DNA of 64,000 bases. Origin: Tubiluchus corallicola. Its lineage: Eukaryota; Animalia; Priapulida. The position numbers and the translations under genes are program-made. Where the stretch lies: positions 1-64,000 of the forward strand of contig JAQGDQ010000137.1 in assembly GCA_030141605.1 (NCBI GenBank), in the 5' to 3' direction. Within the stretch, counting starts at the first letter, position 1. The number at the start of each line of letters is the position of its first letter. Under the pieces are notes generated by a model, which was not told the origin of the DNA, made no database searches, and saw only the letters and a list, made by a program, of their open reading frames with translations. Shown here piece by piece: positions 62,401-64,000 of the stretch.

Positions 62401-63829
62401 TGCTTTGCAACATTGAAACTTATTAGAATAAAAGGGTCAGGCTCTTAAACTTTATTAAAACTGAGGTTAGTAAACATTTACATTGCCGATTTTTTTTTTA
62501 AATCATAGCTCGCATTATGCTTCTGTGACTAAATGCTAGTATACCTATTACTTTCACGTATCTTATTATTTTGTAAATTGATTAATCACTATTCATTTAA
62601 CTTACCTGACAAGTAGTAGTTTTCGGAAGGTATCCAAGGAAGTATGATAACCATCTGGTATTTGTTCCTCTTCGGGAGCATCTTTATCAAACCAGATTCT
62701 CCACCCTTTTTCATTACGAGGAATCTGTTTAATAAAACATTTACGGTATTTTTTCAATTTAGCAGTATTTTTTGCATCAAAAATAAAGTAACTTGTAGTC
62801 ATGTCAAGTAGCTAAGCAGTCACAGAGTATGCTTAGCAACCAAGTCAACTAATGCTAGTTCTGGTCAGTAAATGGATATGTAATAGCATAGGATTCTTTC
62901 TATGCAGTTTCACTGCGAATGTAATCAGAATTATTTCTCTCAGTGAGGAAATATCTATACATGTGTAATACATCTGAAAATCAAAAATGCCTTAGGCAGT
63001 TTAGTATCTCCCTTTAGAGGGTAAATTTTGATAATTCGCTAGGTTTCAATCCTGCCATAATCAGCATAATAAGCAGGTACTAATTAAGATAATGAATTTC
63101 TCAGATAATAATGCACCTGAGTGAGAATTTCTGCAAACTGATAGAGCTTGCTCAGTTCCACTAAATTCAACCATGTCATATCTGATATCCACTTGCAAGG
63201 CTTTGGTGCTACAGCTTTAAGGTCCAACGCAGCACCACCTATAAGTAAATGAATAAACACTGCTATGATTTCCTCAACCAAAAAATTACAATTTCAACGT
63301 CACCACGTCAGCGAGATGCTATTTCCACTACTTCCAAATATGGCAAAATTTAATTAAAATCTGTACCTTTGATAAGAGTCTGGAATTCATCATGCTTAAC
63401 TTTGCCTCTCTGCATATCAATTTTTAGTGCTAGCAGTAGCGTAAAGAGAAATTTGTGGTTCTCGTAAAGACCACGGCATGTATACTTAAACACTTCATAT
63501 GTCAGATACTCTATAATATTGGCGATACGCTTGGTTGGAATAGGAGACTTTGTCGACCTATAATAAAAGAATAAAAGATCCACAACGTTCCCCCTACATG
63601 TTCACTGCAAATTTCAATATTAGGCTTTGATTATTTTCCTTCACATAATTGAAATTACGGAAAAATAAATGAAAATAAAATGAAAAGAAAGAAAGAAAGA
63701 AACGAAAGGCACACCTGGCCATGGATAAGTCAAAAACACTTAGGAACTGCTTCAGCGAAGTTTGATACATCACGTTAACAAGACTCATTTCAACAATCAA
63801 AAAGTACAGAATGCTTCCCCGAGTAGCCA
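50496..63829 (-). CDS. DNAH5: Axonemal outer-arm dynein heavy chain (DNAH5/DNAH8-type), C-terminal 15 exons; gene continues beyond the window
   Basis: Exons 63829-63715, 63557-63367, 63238-63117, 62724-62606, 61778-61576, 60570-60497, 60347-60192, 59521-59366, 58854-58636, 57603-57443, 56819-56663, 53945-53793, 53258-53069, 51513-51392, 50783-50496. Motifs [69 protein letters not shown] and terminal [18 protein letters not shown]5 cannot be distinguished from DNAH8 by eye. Confidence 0.9.
50982..51332. mobile_element. Putative MITE in the last dynein intron
   Basis: ~28-bp imperfect TIRs TGTATATAGGACAGATCCATTTAAGAGTG / CACTCGCTAAATGGATTGTCCCGATACA. An extra TIR-like copy lies at ~50930. Confidence 0.55.
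53961..53973. promoter_or_regulatory. RFX X-box-like motif GTTACCTAGCAAC in a dynein intron
   Basis: Matches the GTNRCC-N-RGYAAC consensus. Confidence 0.3.
55620..56220 (+). mobile_element. Possible decayed Mutator-like (MULE) element
   Basis: Repeated GG(T/A)AAAAATGG(C)ACA subterminal-type units at 55628-55685, and faint transposase-like remnants downstream. Confidence 0.25.
58303..58377 (-). mobile_element. tRNA-derived SINE head or tRNA pseudogene
   Basis: Minus strand GACTGG-TAGCTCAGCTGTGAGAAC...GGGTTCAAATCCCAG-CTAGTC: A box, B box and a paired acceptor stem, but mismatched D, anticodon and T arms. Confidence 0.55.
60737..61047. mobile_element. pogo/Tigger-like MITE
   Basis: TIRs CAGGTTGTTGTCGACTTATG / CATAAGTCAATGACTACCTG followed by TA. 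Internal CGACTTA repeats. Confidence 0.65.
61330..61581 (-). repeat. 25-bp minisatellite (minus strand GTATTCATCTGTGACTTTTAATTTG), about 10 copies, starting at a dynein exon/intron junction
   Basis: Plus-strand CA(A/C)ATT recurs at 61501, 61526, 61551 and 61576. The first copy is the real junction AATTTG|GTATTC at 61576/61575. Confidence 0.9.
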
Positions 63830-64000
63830 CTAATGCAAACAGAATCAAGAAAAAATGTTGATAAAATTAAACAATTATTATACAGAGAAGAAAAAAATTA
63901 ATTAAAGCTAAATAATTACAGTACATGCCTTGCACAGAAGTACAAATGAGTATTTGCAAACTAACATCAACTGACCAAACAAAAGCTAAGTAAAAATGAA

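Noticed and set aside
7939-63829. Non-canonical (GC-AG, AT-AC/U12) introns or recoding in the main genes
   Set aside because: All traced introns resolve as GT-AG with consistent phases and no in-frame stops.

Overview
AT-rich, intron-rich animal genomic DNA, probably from a non-arthropod invertebrate (inferred from TTAGGG-like repeats and a retained Cut8 gene). I can trace six spliced protein-coding genes in strictly alternating orientation: (+) the 3' part of an unnamed TSP1-like protein with about 28 Glu-rich repeats; (-) RBM7/RBM11-like; (+) TBCEL; (-) CCDC191; (+) a Cut8/Sts1 nuclear-proteasome tether homologue; (-) the last 15 exons of a DNAH5/DNAH8-type axonemal dynein heavy chain. RBM7/TBCEL and CCDC191/Cut8 are head-to-head pairs separated by 300-400 bp. 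Introns carry internally deleted hAT elements, pogo/Tigger-like MITEs, CR1-like 3' ends, tRNA-derived SINE remnants and microsatellites. The most unusual signals are (i) two independent minisatellites seeded exactly on exon/intron junctions, giving arrays of about 24 and about 10 copies of a real 5' splice site, and (ii) a roughly 3.2-kb hyper-acidic repeat exon behind a TSP1-like module, a candidate Ca-binding or biomineralisation protein. Gene identities come from recognising the translated sequence, not from database searches. Coordinates were counted by hand and may be off by a few bases.
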